Below the pieces are notes generated by a model. The model did not search any database. It was not told the DNA's origin and saw nothing but the letters and a program-made list of their open reading frames with translations. The translations under genes and the position numbers were made by a program. From contig OZ024746.1 in assembly GCA_964016885.1 (NCBI GenBank), positions 21,700,001 through 21,764,000 of the forward strand: 64,000 nt of DNA, read 5' to 3'. This stretch comes from Eledone cirrhosa. Its lineage: Eukaryota. This document shows positions 39,839 to 55,691 of this stretch, one piece after another. Position 1 is the stretch's first letter. Each line of letters opens with the position of its first letter.

Positions 39839-41694
39839 TAAACATATATTTGCATATATAAGAATAGGTGTATAGTATGTCTATATGTGTGTATATGTGC
39901 GTATATGCGCGGGTGTGCATTGGTGTGTGTGTATATAAATCTGCAAGCGATTAATTGTAAAATTCATTTATCAAATTTCCGTACACTCGAGAAATATAAC
40001 AAACAGTGTGATAAATGAAAGTGTGATAAATGAAAGCGGGAGAGAGAAATAATTAGTGACAGAGGTGACAATATGAAGGGAATCATCAGCAAACTGTTAT
40101 GGAAATTTCTGGATCGTTGTCCAGTTTGAAAACGGACAAGTTTTGACAGATCTTCAGAGACACACTGACATTTTCTAGTGCCTATATTCCCACTTTGTCA
40201 TTCAACACATAATGAAGCTTTAATCGATCTGAGAATCTTATGCAAATATTATCATTAGACAACATTTGGCAATTGTTCAAAGACATGTTATAGCGTGGCA
40301 AAGATAGTCCATTTTCTTACAGCTATTTACTCACTTCCAGGCTGCTCATACATCACTGTTAGCAACGCTAGTAACATTAATGAAGGATTCATTAGATTGT
40401 TTGTAATGTTGAAGAAGTTATTTCTAGGTGGAAATGTTGCTTCCTTTCCATCTCTTCAACGACAATGATAATTATTTCTAACATTGGCACAGGACAGGGC
40501 CGGGCTTTCACATACAGAGGCCCAAAGTTATATGAACTTTGAGACCCTTTTCTAAAAAAAATATAATTATTATTTTTCATATTAAAGTTAATGATAAAGA
40601 ATAAAAAATTGTTTCTACTTTTGCCACAAGGCCAGAAATTATCCCAGTGTATTACTGGTGCTTTATTTTATCGATCCCGTAAGGATGAAAAGAAAAGTTA
40701 ACCTCAATGGGATTTGAACCCGTGTCGTAAAGGGCCGTAACTCTATGTTGTAAATCATGGCGTCTGACCCTCTACCGATACTGCCAATCCACCAAGAATA
40801 AATAATATATATGTAGCAGTAATTTTATACTTTCCTCAATAGCATCTCTTTCACTTTCAAACGGTCACTCGATATTACTCCCTTTAACTATGTCTACAAT
40901 ATCGAAAACCAGTTTTAATACTATTCGAGATTATTTATAATAAAACAAGACATAACGAGTAGCGTAACTACACAAGACAGAAAGAACATTGATATCAGAA
41001 CGTAGCATAAAGAAAAATATACGGATAATGAAATAGCGATTACTGCGCAGAAGAGTCATTCCAGCCGTTTAAAAACGCACAAATAAATGTCAATTTTATT
41101 TATATATATCATTTATTTTATATTATCAAAGTTGCGTCAAGCTGTCTGTGTCCTAATCACTGACACAGTGGAGCCACACAATTTTAAATGGTTAGAATGA
41201 CTCTTCCACGTAGCAATTAATTGTCTTAGATTCCACACACGGTCTTAGATCAAGTCTCTTGCCAGTCGAGTATAACTACGAAACAAAATATATAAATATA
41301 TGATAATATAATCGTACATTGATATAAGAGAAGTTAGACTGTGTGCAATACAGGACAAATGTACAAAAGAAAATGATGTGGAAGAACAGCACAAACACTA
41401 AAATACCTGGAAAGTGAAAGACGACTGATGACCAGGACGGGAAAGAGAAAGGGTAGCAAAGGAAATTATAAAATAGGGAAACACACTCACATACATACAT
41501 ACACACACGCATGGTTTCCTCCTTTGAACAAATATGTTTCCCTTTCTTTCATTTCATACTCCCATTTAACCATTTATTTCTTCTTTTATCTCTCATTCTA
41601 TCTTCCAATGAAGGACTAGCGTCCGAAATATTAAGATTCTTTTCCTACTGTATCAAACGTTAGCCATTTTTGGAAAGTGCTTATATATATACAT

Positions 41695-41771
<77 letters not shown>

Positions 41772-41796
41772 CATATATATATATACATATATACAT

Positions 41797-41818
41797 ATTA
41801 TACGTCTGTACGAAGCTA

Positions 41819-41860
<42 letters not shown>

Positions 41861-41882
41861 TAGCTTCGTACAGACGTATAAT
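41797..41882. repeat. 86-bp palindrome centred on (AT)19
   Basis: attatacgtctgtacgaagctaag-(AT)19-cttagcttcgtacagacgtataat. Confidence 0.9.
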
Positions 41883-41933
<51 letters not shown>

Positions 41934-42130
41934 ATAAGTATACCTCTTTTCCATTTCAGGTAGACGCGCTCCATCATTCACGTTTCTAAAAAATAAATCA
42001 TACACAAAACGCCGCCACCAATAGTTTTGCAAGAGATGTCAACATGAATGGACCTGTTATTTTTATATAAAGACATTTTTTTCCAATTCCAACCCGCCCG
42101 TCCCCTCAATCTATCTTATTTCTCATTCTT

Positions 42131-42166
42131 TCTTCTGATGAAGGTCTAGCGTTCGAAACGTTAAAA
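42131..42166 (+). ncRNA. degenerate minimal hammerhead in a pLTR-like repeat
   Basis: tctt-CTGATGA-aggtc(tagc)gttc-GAAA-CG-TT-aa. The paralog at 41606-41634 preserves stem II ggac/gtcc but has a mutated core. Confidence 0.55.
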
Positions 42167-42354
42167 CCCTGTTCCTGCTATATCAAGCGTTAACCTAATA
42201 TATCCCTTCCATATACTGTAACGATTGTGTTATTTCTGTTTACCTTTTATATACACACACACATATTTATATATATCCAGGAAGCTCCAACCGTTAAGGT
42301 TGTCTTTTTTTCAGGGTTTGTCAATATTTATTTATAAAACTAATCTGTATTGTA

Positions 42355-42416
42355 TTTTATCTGATGAAAGCGCACCATAATTTGCCTTGGTGGCCCTTGA
42401 AATATGTATAATAAAA
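42355..42416 (+). ncRNA. type I hammerhead ribozyme motif
   Basis: ttttat-CTGATGA-aagcgcacca...tggtggccctt-GAAA-tatgta-TA-ataaaa. Confidence 0.78.
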
Positions 42417-42461
42417 ATAAATATGGTTTTATAAATATAGTTTCCATTTGTTAATATATTG

Positions 42462-42546
<85 letters not shown>

Positions 42547-42814
42547 GGTAAACAGTAATAACAACACAATCGGTACAGTATATGGAAGGTATATATATAT
42601 ATATATTAGAATTGTTGCTCTGAAATAGCTATATATATATGAATGTATATATAGTGTATTTTGCAATACACTGTATGCTTAATAAAAAGCATTTTGAAGA
42701 CCTTATGCTATTGTTTTAGACCGGCAACCGCTCTGTATAATCAGTTCCTAATTATTTACTAGAATTCTATAAGAACCAAAACATCCGGGATTTCAGCAAA
42801 CGGGAGGAGTAGTT

Positions 42815-42860
42815 GGCTTTGATAAGCATCAATAAATGCAGAAACAAGGCCTTGTCAGCT
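42815..42860 (+). ncRNA. hammerhead motif, U3-A8 variant, in the loop of a foldback
   Basis: ggct-TTGATAA-gcat(caataa)atgc-a-GAAA-CAAGGCCTTG-TC-agct, with one extra A before GAAA. Outer stem atttcagcaaac/gtttgctgaaat. Confidence 0.65.
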
Positions 42861-43269
42861 TTATCTCCCCCCTGTTTGCTGAAATTAAAGTAAGTGAGTC
42901 TGTCACTACTCTAAAACAATAGCATAAGGTCTTCAAAATGCTTTTTATTAAGCATACAGTGTATTGCAAAATACACTATATATACATTCATATATATATA
43001 TATATATATATAGGATAACAAGGTATCGTTTAAGGTAATCCAGCTAGAGGTTGTGAGTACTCTGTGTTGAGGATAGTTTTAACGTACGGCGTTGTTTGAC
43101 TCAATAAGAAGTTTCATTAGTCAGGTGGCCAGTTTAATGGAGTTCCTAGGCAGGTGGTTCTTGGAGTAATAATAGTTAAAGAATTAAGAATAACATGGTC
43201 GGCTGTACAAAAAATAGTTTATTTACAGTATTAACAATTGTTTCATTAATCAGGTGATTAATGAAACTA

Positions 43270-44230
<961 letters not shown>

Positions 44231-44417
44231 TATATATTAAAATAACAGATTAAAGTTTGAGCAAAGAATCGTTGCTTTCACCCTTAACGTTAAGGGTGAA
44301 AGCAGCGATTCTTTGCTTAAACTTTAATCTGTTATTTTAATAAATATTTACTCTAGGGTTCTTATATATTTGATATATATTCCTTATCGATCCCTCTTTA
44401 TTATTATTACTATATAT

Positions 44418-46525
44418 ATCATCATCATCATCCTCATCATCATTTTACGTCCAATTTTCCCTGCTTGCAAGGGTTGGACCGGTCCTATTCAGCACAGCAT
44501 CTCTCTACTTGTCACGGTCCTTCGTCATCTCCTCCGTGAGTTTCAGCGATCTCAGGTCTGCTCTCACCACCTCCGCCCATGTTTTACGTGGCTTACCTCT
44601 ACTGCGTCTTCCTTCTACTGAGATTTCTTGGCACTTCTTTACCCAGCGGTCATCCTCCATGCGCATCACATGTCCATGCCATCTCAGCCTTCTCTCCTGC
44701 ACACCACAACTTATCCTTCTTATACCCAGTTTCTTTCTCAACTCGTCTATGCTTGGTCGCACATTGTCATTGCACATCCAACGGAGCATACTTGCTTCAT
44801 TTCTCTCCAGCCGTCGCATATCCTCTGCAGTTGCTGCCCATGTCTCACCACCACAGACATCATATAACCGTCCTTTCGTACGCAGGGAGAAACCCTTCTT
44901 TGTCAACAAAGGAAGTAGCTCCCTAAACTTCTTCCAACCCGTACTTATTCTAGATACTATGGCCTCGGAACACCTCATGCTAATCTGATCACCTAGGTAC
45001 CGGAAGCTATCAACCACTTCTATAGAACCCACCTACATTGGAAAAATGTGTCTATCACTGCGATTACTACTGCCAACTTTCCCTGTTCATCTACTGCATA
45101 CGTAGTTTTCCCTACCTGTTAGTTTGCCTGCTATCTCACTACATCTCTTGTGTACCCAAGATCTGCATTGCGTACATTTTATGGAATTTATGCCAGTTCC
45201 TTTCCTAAATATCGAACATGACCATTTTTTTGATGGAATCGGAGTATTATCCTCTCTTCTACTTATCAACTCTTTTTGTCTTAGCTATGTTCACTCTCAG
45301 TCCTCTTGATTCCAACTGCTGTTTCCATAGCCAGAATTTCTTCTCTAGCTCCTCTACTGATTCTGCTATAAGAACCAGATCATCAGCATAGAGAAGTTCC
45401 CATGGTCATCCAGTCTTAAACTCCTCTGTTGACTTGGAGGACCTTAACGAACAAGAACAGGCTGAGGACCGAACCCTGATGTACCCCTACTTCTATCTGG
45501 ATTCCCCACTAAACTCCATACCTACTCTCACTTTACTGACAGCACCCCTGTACATAGCTTGCACTGTCCTCACAAGCCATTCCTCTACACCTAGTTTCCT
45601 TAGGGACCACCATATAACAGATCGGGGTACCCTATCAAATGCCTTCTCTAGGTCAACTAAAGTTAAGTATAGTGGCTTATTCTTCTCTAAGAACTTCTCA
45701 TGTAGTTGTCTCACCAAGAAGAGGGCATCTGTTGTACTTTTCCGAGGCACAAAACCAAACTGCATCTCATCTAATTTTACCCTTTCTCTAATCAGTTGCG
45801 CTAATATTCTCTCTGCCACTTTCATAATCTGATCCATCAGCTTTATGCTCCTATAATTGCCCCTCTTCAGAGCATCCCCTTTACCTTTGTAGCAATTTAT
45901 GAGAATACTACTGCACCAGTATTTGGGTATGACACCACCATATATAACTTGATTGATGATGCGTGCAACCAGTTTAATGCCTACTTCACCTGATGTCTTC
46001 AACATCTCAGCAACTATCCCCGACGGTCCAGCAGCCTTACCATTCTTCATTTCTTTAATTGCCTCTTGTACCCTATATTCGTCAATCTCAATAGATGGTC
46101 CCTCTGTTGGGTCTACTGGGGGTAATTTCTCTGTCCCATTCATTCTCCACATTCATCAGTCTCTCATAGTAACATTTGCAGGCCTCCTTTTTGTTTATCA
46201 TTGGTGACACTAAGTACACCGGCATCATTCCGGACACACTTATCTCCAACAACATCCTGATTTGCACTGACACACTGCCTTGCAATGCGGAACACCGCAC
46301 GTCTCTGATATTCCCGTCGCAGAACATTGACAAACCTCCTACTCTCAGCCTCCCTGTGTGCTAAGTACATCTGACGTCTAGCTTCTCTCTTAGAGGCTGT
46401 GTATCCCTCCCTACGCCCACCATTTCCCCAAACCTTCCATGCCAGTCTTTTATCTCTAATGGCCTTATCTACCGTGCTGTTCCACCACCAGGTTACTCTC
46501 TGTCTGGTTGAAGCTCTGCCCCAAC
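44418..46525 (-). mobile_element. 5'-truncated RTE-clade LINE with frameshifted RT and PHD-like finger
   Basis: GKAAGPSG, NYRSIKLM, QFGFVP, VDLEKAFDRVP, PWELLYADDL, VVDSFRYLG, RRLRWHGHVMRM, GKPRKTW. (CAT)n tail at 44418-44443. Confidence 0.93.
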
Positions 46526-46548
46526 CACATACATACATACATTTATAT

Positions 46549-46860
46549 ACAGGGAAGATTACTTATAAATTTTGGCCTACTATGACCACTTGGGACAGCA
46601 TCAATGACTTCATATTCATGCATGATGTGGCTGCCCATCATTTTGCACTGTCTGTGAGTGGCTTAACGTCAAATTTCCATGCGAATTTTTCAAGAGGGGG
46701 TCGGCAAAGGCAGAAGTTTATAGTCCGAAACCAAAACCTCTTACTTGAATTGGAGGAACGCATTCGTCATGTACAGACCAGCATACCACCTGAGTTCCTG
46801 ATGAAGTCTGTCAAGGATATTCCCAGACGACTACAAACAGTTTCTTTCCACCCACCCAGT
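46549..46860 (+). mobile_element. internally deleted copy of the DD41D-type mariner
   Basis: Homologous to 19670-20158. Begins TA-caggg and ends cccacccag-tta. Confidence 0.65.
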
Positions 46861-47351
46861 TATATAAGTAGAAAGCCACTCGGATGGTGGTATTCCTGCT
46901 ATTAAGCATATATATATACACACACACACGTGTGCGTCTGTATGTCTATATATGTGTGTGTGTGAGTATGTGTGTGTGTATGGGTGTGAGTGTGTGTGTA
47001 TGTGTGTGCCAATGTATGTGTGTGTGTGTGTGTGCCAGTGCGTGTGAGTGTTTGTATGTGTGTGTGTGTGCGTGCATGTGTGTATGCCAATGTGTGTATG
47101 TGTGAGAGCTGTGCCTCTCTCGCAATGTTCTGAAGTTTTCATCTGTTTTGTACGAATTTTCCTTTGATATCTGATATTTTCTTCACGCGTTCTGGTTTGT
47201 AATACTTTTTTCTTTAGTATGTATCAATGTGTTATCATTTTTTTCATCTAGTACAAATATTTCTCATCTCATAAATATACGATAAAATTATTAGATGATA
47301 ACTAAATACAGGATTCTTAATATGGCAATCTATTTGGAATGTCGAACCTTA

Positions 47352-47395
<44 letters not shown>

Positions 47396-47401
<6 letters not shown>

Positions 47402-48020
47402 GGTGGCTGCCAACTCGTTTTCGAGTACGGCCACTACTTTATATCTATGTAGGAGAACCCCTACCGATGCGCTGAACGAGTGTGACTTTTTAGTCCAGCC
47501 AGCGACTTGAAAACTCTGGTACAAACACTACAATTATTGACACATAGTACCTGGCCCATGGTACCATATGACGACAAGTGCAGAGAGATCTCCAGATATA
47601 AAGCAATGCCTGTGCCATTGCCATGAAGCTTTTATAGTGAGCAAAGGCACTGCACAAAGCCAGTCCCACTCTTAACCAAAATGATATTTACCAAAAAGAA
47701 GAACAAGTCAACATCATTGGATACCATCATGGTTGCAGGTGTTATACATACATGGTGGCTGCCAACTTGTTTTCGAGTACGGCCACTACTTTATATCCAT
47801 GTAGGAGAACCCCTACCGATGCGCTGAACGAGTGTGACTTTTTAGTTCAGCCAGCGACTTGAAAACTCTGGTACAATCACTACACTTGTGACAATTATTG
47901 ACACATAGTGCTGGGCCCATGGTACCGTGTGACGACAAGTGCAGAGAGGTCTCCAGATATAAAGCAATACCTGTGCCGTGAAGCTTTTATAGTGAGCAAA
48001 GGCACTGCACAAAGCCAGAA
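47396..48020 (-). mobile_element. tandem duplicate (offset about 355) of a LINE-like 3' end encoding a terminal C2H2 finger
   Basis: 47461-47532 reads CSVCTRVFKSLAGLKSHTRSAHR* and the second copy reads CSDCTRVFKSLAELKSHTRSAHR*. Each is followed by a short UTR (ctcgaaaac-ag...cagccacca) and a simple-repeat tail. Confidence 0.6.
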
Positions 48021-48122
48021 ACCTTGGTGGGGTTGACAGTTTAGTCGCCAACGACCCGACCATGGGACAGGTTGTACTGGGATACATGTTACCAGTAGCA
48101 CCAACTGTTGACCTGACTTACA

Positions 48123-48218
<96 letters not shown>

Positions 48219-48605
48219 GGAATTCTTGGCTCAAAATGGTAAGCTTCGGTCTGCTCAGAAACCCGTGAGTTGAAACAAATAGCAGAGGCTGTTGTGGAAA
48301 TATTTGCTGCAGGAACCATACTTCTATTTTGTTACAAAATTCGCTTATTTTATTGCCTCTGCATAACTCTCGCTATTTCAAAGAAATTTAACCAGTTTGA
48401 TCTATTTAAAAAGAAGTCAAACAAAATCTTTAGATTTCATTGAAGATCTATATCGTTATATGATGGTGATCAATGACCAAACATTCACCTGCTGAGGCCC
48501 TAAACTATATTTGAGGCCTTTCTCTAAAAAGAATCGGGTTAAAATTTTTAAATAAATATTCATGATTATTATTTTTTATATTAATGTTAATGATAAAGAA
48601 TAAAT

Positions 48606-48740
<135 letters not shown>

Positions 48741-48783
48741 ATGTAATTCTTGATGATATAGTGTTAATGATAAAGAATAAATG

Positions 48784-48817
<34 letters not shown>

Positions 48818-48976
48818 TTGGATTTAATGCTCTGAAATAGCGATATATATGTGAAGATAAACACAGAATATTCGAAATATTCTGTATGTTTATAATAAAC
48901 ATTTTGAAGACCTAATCGCTATAGAATAGAATACGTCACGTATTACAATTTGAGATTCTCGATAAAAGCAAGGGAA

Positions 48977-49019
48977 GTAACCTACGCGTTTCATTCTTAT
49001 TAGAAATCATCAGGATTAC
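48977..49019 (-). ncRNA. minimal type I hammerhead ribozyme
   Basis: gtaatc-CTGATGA-t-ttct(aata)agaa-t-GAAA-CGCG-TA-ggttac, enclosed by cgataaaagca/tgcttttatcg. Confidence 0.85.
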
Positions 49020-49088
49020 ATATCCAGTGCTTTTATCGAAATGTTTATTATAAACATACAGAATATTTTCGAATATTCTGTGTTTATC

Positions 49089-49197
<109 letters not shown>

Positions 49198-50954
49198 AAT
49201 TCTTGATGATAAAAATAACAACTACAAATATAAATATATTTTTCTAAATGAGGAACCCAAGGGTGTGTGGCCCTAAACTATGGATTATTTAGCTTATAAG
49301 TTGGTCCTGCACTGGTTCTCACTGAAGACGTATATCATTATATGATTGTGATTAACCGCTTTTGCAGTTACAACTTCAATCCCTCTCGAAGATATAAACC
49401 AGACTGAAGAATCCTTTATGTAACTTATATATGTATAAAAATAGTCTACGTAGTGTCCATATGATGGGAATGAATTGTGGAATTCAATACAATACATTCA
49501 AGTAGGCCATAGTTTGAAATAAACAGTGAAACTATATATCTTTTCAATTTCCTACTTACATAACTTAATTCTTTAAACCCTCAAGCAGGGCCGGGCTTCG
49601 TCTTTTGATGCCCTAAACTATGTGAAATTTGAGAAATAGCTTCCACAGGATTAGAACTGTTTCATTCGAAGGAAACAGTTCTAGTCCTATAGAAGCCATT
49701 TATATTAAACATGTATACTCTGCTATGTATTGAGTACCTTACTTACTGTAGTTACCTCCGATTAAACCCGTGATACGCACGCACACACACTCACACACTC
49801 ACACACACACACACATTTTGTTAAACGGTTGTAATTCTTAGGATTTTTTATCGTTATCGGCCTGATCGTTTCCACATGTGTACTGTTGCCCTATGAACGA
49901 ATCGATATCATATACTCCAAGGTTAATTTCCACACGTGATCTTAGCTATTGTTTTGGGCATTCCAAAAACCAGGCAGTACTTATTCTTTTCCAGATCTGA
50001 TCAGAGCCAGTTTCTTCCCGAAAGAAAGAGAGAAGAAGAATAGTGTACAGTAGTTAAATTGTACATTATTTCTCAACCCCGAAAAGCAAATTTGAGCTCA
50101 GCGAGGTTTGAACATACTATTTCTATGGCTTTCATCCTTTCAAAATCGATAAAAATTAAAAAATACCAATTTAGTATTGAGGTCGATTCTTCCTCCATAT
50201 CACTTTCTCAGTTTCTCTCTCTCATTTCTATCCTTTTCTGGAAGAAATCTGCTGTACTTCGTCCTAAAGAGGCATGGGCTCTGCCAGGCTTAAAATGGGC
50301 CCAGAAACGCTGTATGTCGCTACGACTTCATCAGAAGTTACGTGACCATACCATACCATGTGATTGTATGAAATAAATTGTATTTTCTATCTCAAAAGTA
50401 TAATTAAATGAGCCCTCTTCAAGATGTAGATCCAGCTTAGATATAAGAAATTCTTAATTATATTCGGAATTTTTCAGTCACACTCACACTTCCGAAAATA
50501 TATATTTCTCAGTTTTAAGCCTTCATGAGTTACTTCCCCTTAATATCGTTTCTGTTTTCTCCTTTCGTTCGCTGTCTTTTAATGCTCTTTTGTTTACTTA
50601 ACTATATAATAATAATAATAATGAAATTATTGTGTACAGTGCTCAGGTGCACTACAACTCATCAAAGGTGCATGTATAGTACATAGAATAATGTAATGTA
50701 CAAATGTCAGGAAAATGAACAGTGTATGAGTCATGATATAATAACAATAACAATAATTGTTTCTACTTTAGGCACAAGGCCAGCAATTATCCAGTGCGTT
50801 ACTGGTACTTTATTTTATCGACCCCGTAAGGATGAAAGGCAAAGTCAACCTCGGCGGGATTTGAACTCAGATCGTAAAGGGACGTAACTATGCTGGAAAG
50901 CATGGCGTCCGACCCTCCACCGATACTGCCAATCCACCGCCCTTATAACAATAA

Positions 50955-51258
50955 CAATAATGAAATATTGTGTACAGTGCCCAGGTGCACCACAACTCAT
51001 CAAAAAAGTGCATGTACAGTACATAGGGCAATGCACAAACATCAGTAAAATGAACAGTGCACGAGTCATGATACACACATGTGTGCATGTGTATGGAAGG
51101 GGTACATCAGGTGTAGTTTTGGCGTATTTCGGGAAGCATGAGTGTCTTAAAGGATGCAGTGTCTCGGCAGCTAACAATTGACGCAGGCAGTTTGTTCCAT
51201 GCTTCAGCAACTCTGAGCGTGAAAAAATGTCTGCGAAAGTCATGGGAGCTGTGCTGTT
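50955..51258 (-). mobile_element. CR1-type LINE 3' end
   Basis: Reverse strand HDFRRHFFTLRVAEAWNKLPASIV...SFK, then 3' UTR and (ATT)n-like tail. Extra tails at 50610-50735, 60427-60470 and 60805-60842. Confidence 0.8.
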
Positions 51259-51524
51259 ATATGCATGTGGATGTGTGTGTTTTTGTATGTATGTATGTGT
51301 GTTTATATATATATATATGTGTGTGTGTATGTGTGTGTATATATGTGTTTAATTATGTGTATATATATGTATATGCATGCACATGTGTGTGTATGTGTAC
51401 GTATATCTATTTTATATATATATATACACATATATATGCGTGTGTGTTTGCATGTGTGTATAGGTATATATGTATGTTTAGATATATATGTGTATATATG
51501 TATGTTTATATATATGTGTGTATG

Positions 51525-51563
<39 letters not shown>

Positions 51564-51678
51564 GAAAAGTATATAAAATATATATAAATATATATATATA
51601 TATACGTTATTCCGGGTTGAATCGGAGATAACCACAGTAAGTAAGGTACTCAATACATAGCAGAGTCTAAAAGTTTTA

Positions 51679-51780
51679 ATATAGATGAGATTCTACAGGA
51701 CTAGAACTGTTTCATTCTTTAGAAATCTGATGATTTCTAAAGAATGAAACAGTTCTAGTCCTGTAGAATCTCATCTATAT
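51679..51780. repeat. 102-bp palindrome containing a hammerhead core
   Basis: 49-bp perfect arms around tgat. The + strand reads CTGATGA-tttct(aa)agaat-GAAA-cagttctag-TC. A related hairpin lies at 49639-49696. Confidence 0.85.
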
Positions 51781-52039
51781 ATATATATATACAATGATAT
51801 TAAATAAAAGGAAACTATATTTATAAAAGCATATTTATTCTATTATATATATTTCAAGGGTACCAAAAACTATATATATATAATAGAATAAATTTGGTTT
51901 TATAAATATAGTTTCCATTTATTTAATATCATTGAATATTTACTCCAGAAACTGTCGAGTGCTCTGAATCAGTTATAAACATTTATATTTGTTGAATTTC
52001 CAACAAATTAAATATCCCTTCTATTTATATATATATATA

Positions 52040-53468
<1,429 letters not shown>

Positions 53469-53510
53469 ATATATTAATAAATGGAAACTATATTTATAAA
53501 ACCATATTTA

Positions 53511-53571
53511 TTTCATTATACATATTTCAAGGACACCAAAGCAAATTATGGTGCGCTTTCATCAGATAAAA
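53511..53571 (-). ncRNA. type I hammerhead ribozyme motif (same family as 42355)
   Basis: ttttat-CTGATGA-aagcgcacca...tggtgtcctt-GAAA-tatgta-TA-atgaaa. Confidence 0.78.
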
Positions 53572-54044
53572 TATAATATAGATCAGTTTTATAAACAAAT
53601 ATTGACATACCCTTAAAAGAATGCGACCATGTCTGTGGGTTACTAATTTTATTATTGGTCTATTATGCAAATTAGTGTCGGAAAGGTTTAAATCCCATAC
53701 ATTTGAATTAAGCCGTTGGAATAGGGGAAAATAAAAGGAGAAAGAAAGAGCAAACCCAAAGAAGGAAAACAAAAGAAAAGAAAAGGAAAAGGAATAGGAA
53801 AAAACAAAAGAAGAAAGAGAAAGAGAGAAAACCCTAAGTGAGAGAGTGTTGTATTAACGTAGTTTTATGAAATGATGAAGCGAAAAGATAAATATATAGT
53901 TGGATGAGTTAGCGTGTATAGATAAATAAATAAATAGTAGTAACCGGAGAAATTTATCTATTGTTTAAATTTGATTAAATTATTGAGATCTATAAAAGTT
54001 AAAATTAAAAATTGAGATCTATATTTTATTAAAAGAATATATAT

Positions 54045-54083
<39 letters not shown>

Positions 54084-54663
54084 ATCAAAAAATATTATTA
54101 AAATATATGTTATTATTACATAACCTTACATAAATTTATTATTAATCATCAACCAACAATTTATTATTAAGTTTTCAATTAACAATAAAACTTATAAGAA
54201 ATGACAAAATATATGTTTAAAATGTAGGAATTACAGCGTGAGGGGAAATTAATTGATTTATTTGTAATTTAGATAGTTCTAATGATTAAATGTTATAAAA
54301 GTTAAGATGATAAAAAAATTAAGATTATAAGAGAACCTTATATTATTTTATAGTAAGTTATAAAATTTATATATTTTATAGATCCACCTGTTATATAGTT
54401 GTGACTGTTAAAATATGAGTTTGTTTACTATAACGTCTTAATATTTAAAGTTTTTCTTAAGAATATATCTAAAGCATAAACCGTAAAAAAACTTTTTTAC
54501 ATGAGTTCATTCATAGAATGCATTCAAAATTATACATTTCGATATATATAGACCCACATATACATAGACATACATACATGTATGTCTATGTATATGTTGA
54601 GTGCTTTATATCAGTTATAAAAATATTTGCTTGTTGTATCCCAACAAATTAAATATAACTTCT

Positions 54664-54754
<91 letters not shown>

Positions 54755-54756
<2 letters not shown>

Positions 54757-54830
54757 ATCGGAGAAAGCTAATAGCGATACTCCGGCCAAATCCCAACTTA
54801 CTCAACAAACATTAGGAAATACCTGAGTAT
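54755..54830 (+). mobile_element. possible Penelope GIY-YIG C-terminal remnant
   Basis: KLIAILRPNPNLLNKH*EI resembles the EKxxIL...LLNKRxE tail of PLE ORFs. Short and eroded. Confidence 0.35.
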
Positions 54831-55634
54831 ATTCCTAATTAAACGTTCGGGGTGCTAACTAATTGTATTGTCTGGAAAATTGGCTGTATCATTTCGTGTG
54901 AGATATATCAAATATATCCCTCCCAGACGGACGTCTCGTTTCATTATAAGATTTCTACAAGTTGGGTCAAATTATACCAATTTATGTAGAAGCTTGTATA
55001 AGATCACCAGATACTTATTCAAGTGGGCTCTTATAATTCTTCAGTGGGTGCCCAATAATATTAATATTGATAACCAAATCAACATCAATATTTAGGAATA
55101 ATTACCATCAGTGCTTGAGGTAGCTGCTAGGTTGTTAGCCCAGCAGTTCTAAAGAAAATCTCACACTGTCTCAATAAAGGAGGAAGGGGATTACCACCAA
55201 AAAACAATACATGCGCAGGTCAATGAATTCTGAAAAGAATTCAAGCCACGTGCTAGAACTCAATTGGATTTGAAAAAAATAACCATGTGTATATCGTTTG
55301 ATGACACACATAGATATTTTCTCGGGCAAAATAACAGAATGAGATACAAGAAACAATCAATATTCATAGAAAAATAAACAATATATATATATATATATAT
55401 AAGGATCGGAATTAAGAGTATTCCGCAGTTCACAGTAATAATAATAATAATATTAGCTCAAAGAAGAATAGAGAATTTTCTTCTGAGCTCAGTGATTTGA
55501 TTCTGACTTAGTTTTTTTCTATTTAATTGCTAACCTGTAGATATTGTTCTCCGTACAGTAACGGTTAAACTCACTTTTAATAATTCTTTACACACATCTC
55601 ACTGTGTAACACACTTCTCTTTGTGTAATATATT

Positions 55635-55691
<57 letters not shown>

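Noticed and set aside
44509-45832. Plus-strand ORFs of 115-159 aa
   Set aside because: They are antisense to the RTE LINE coding region.
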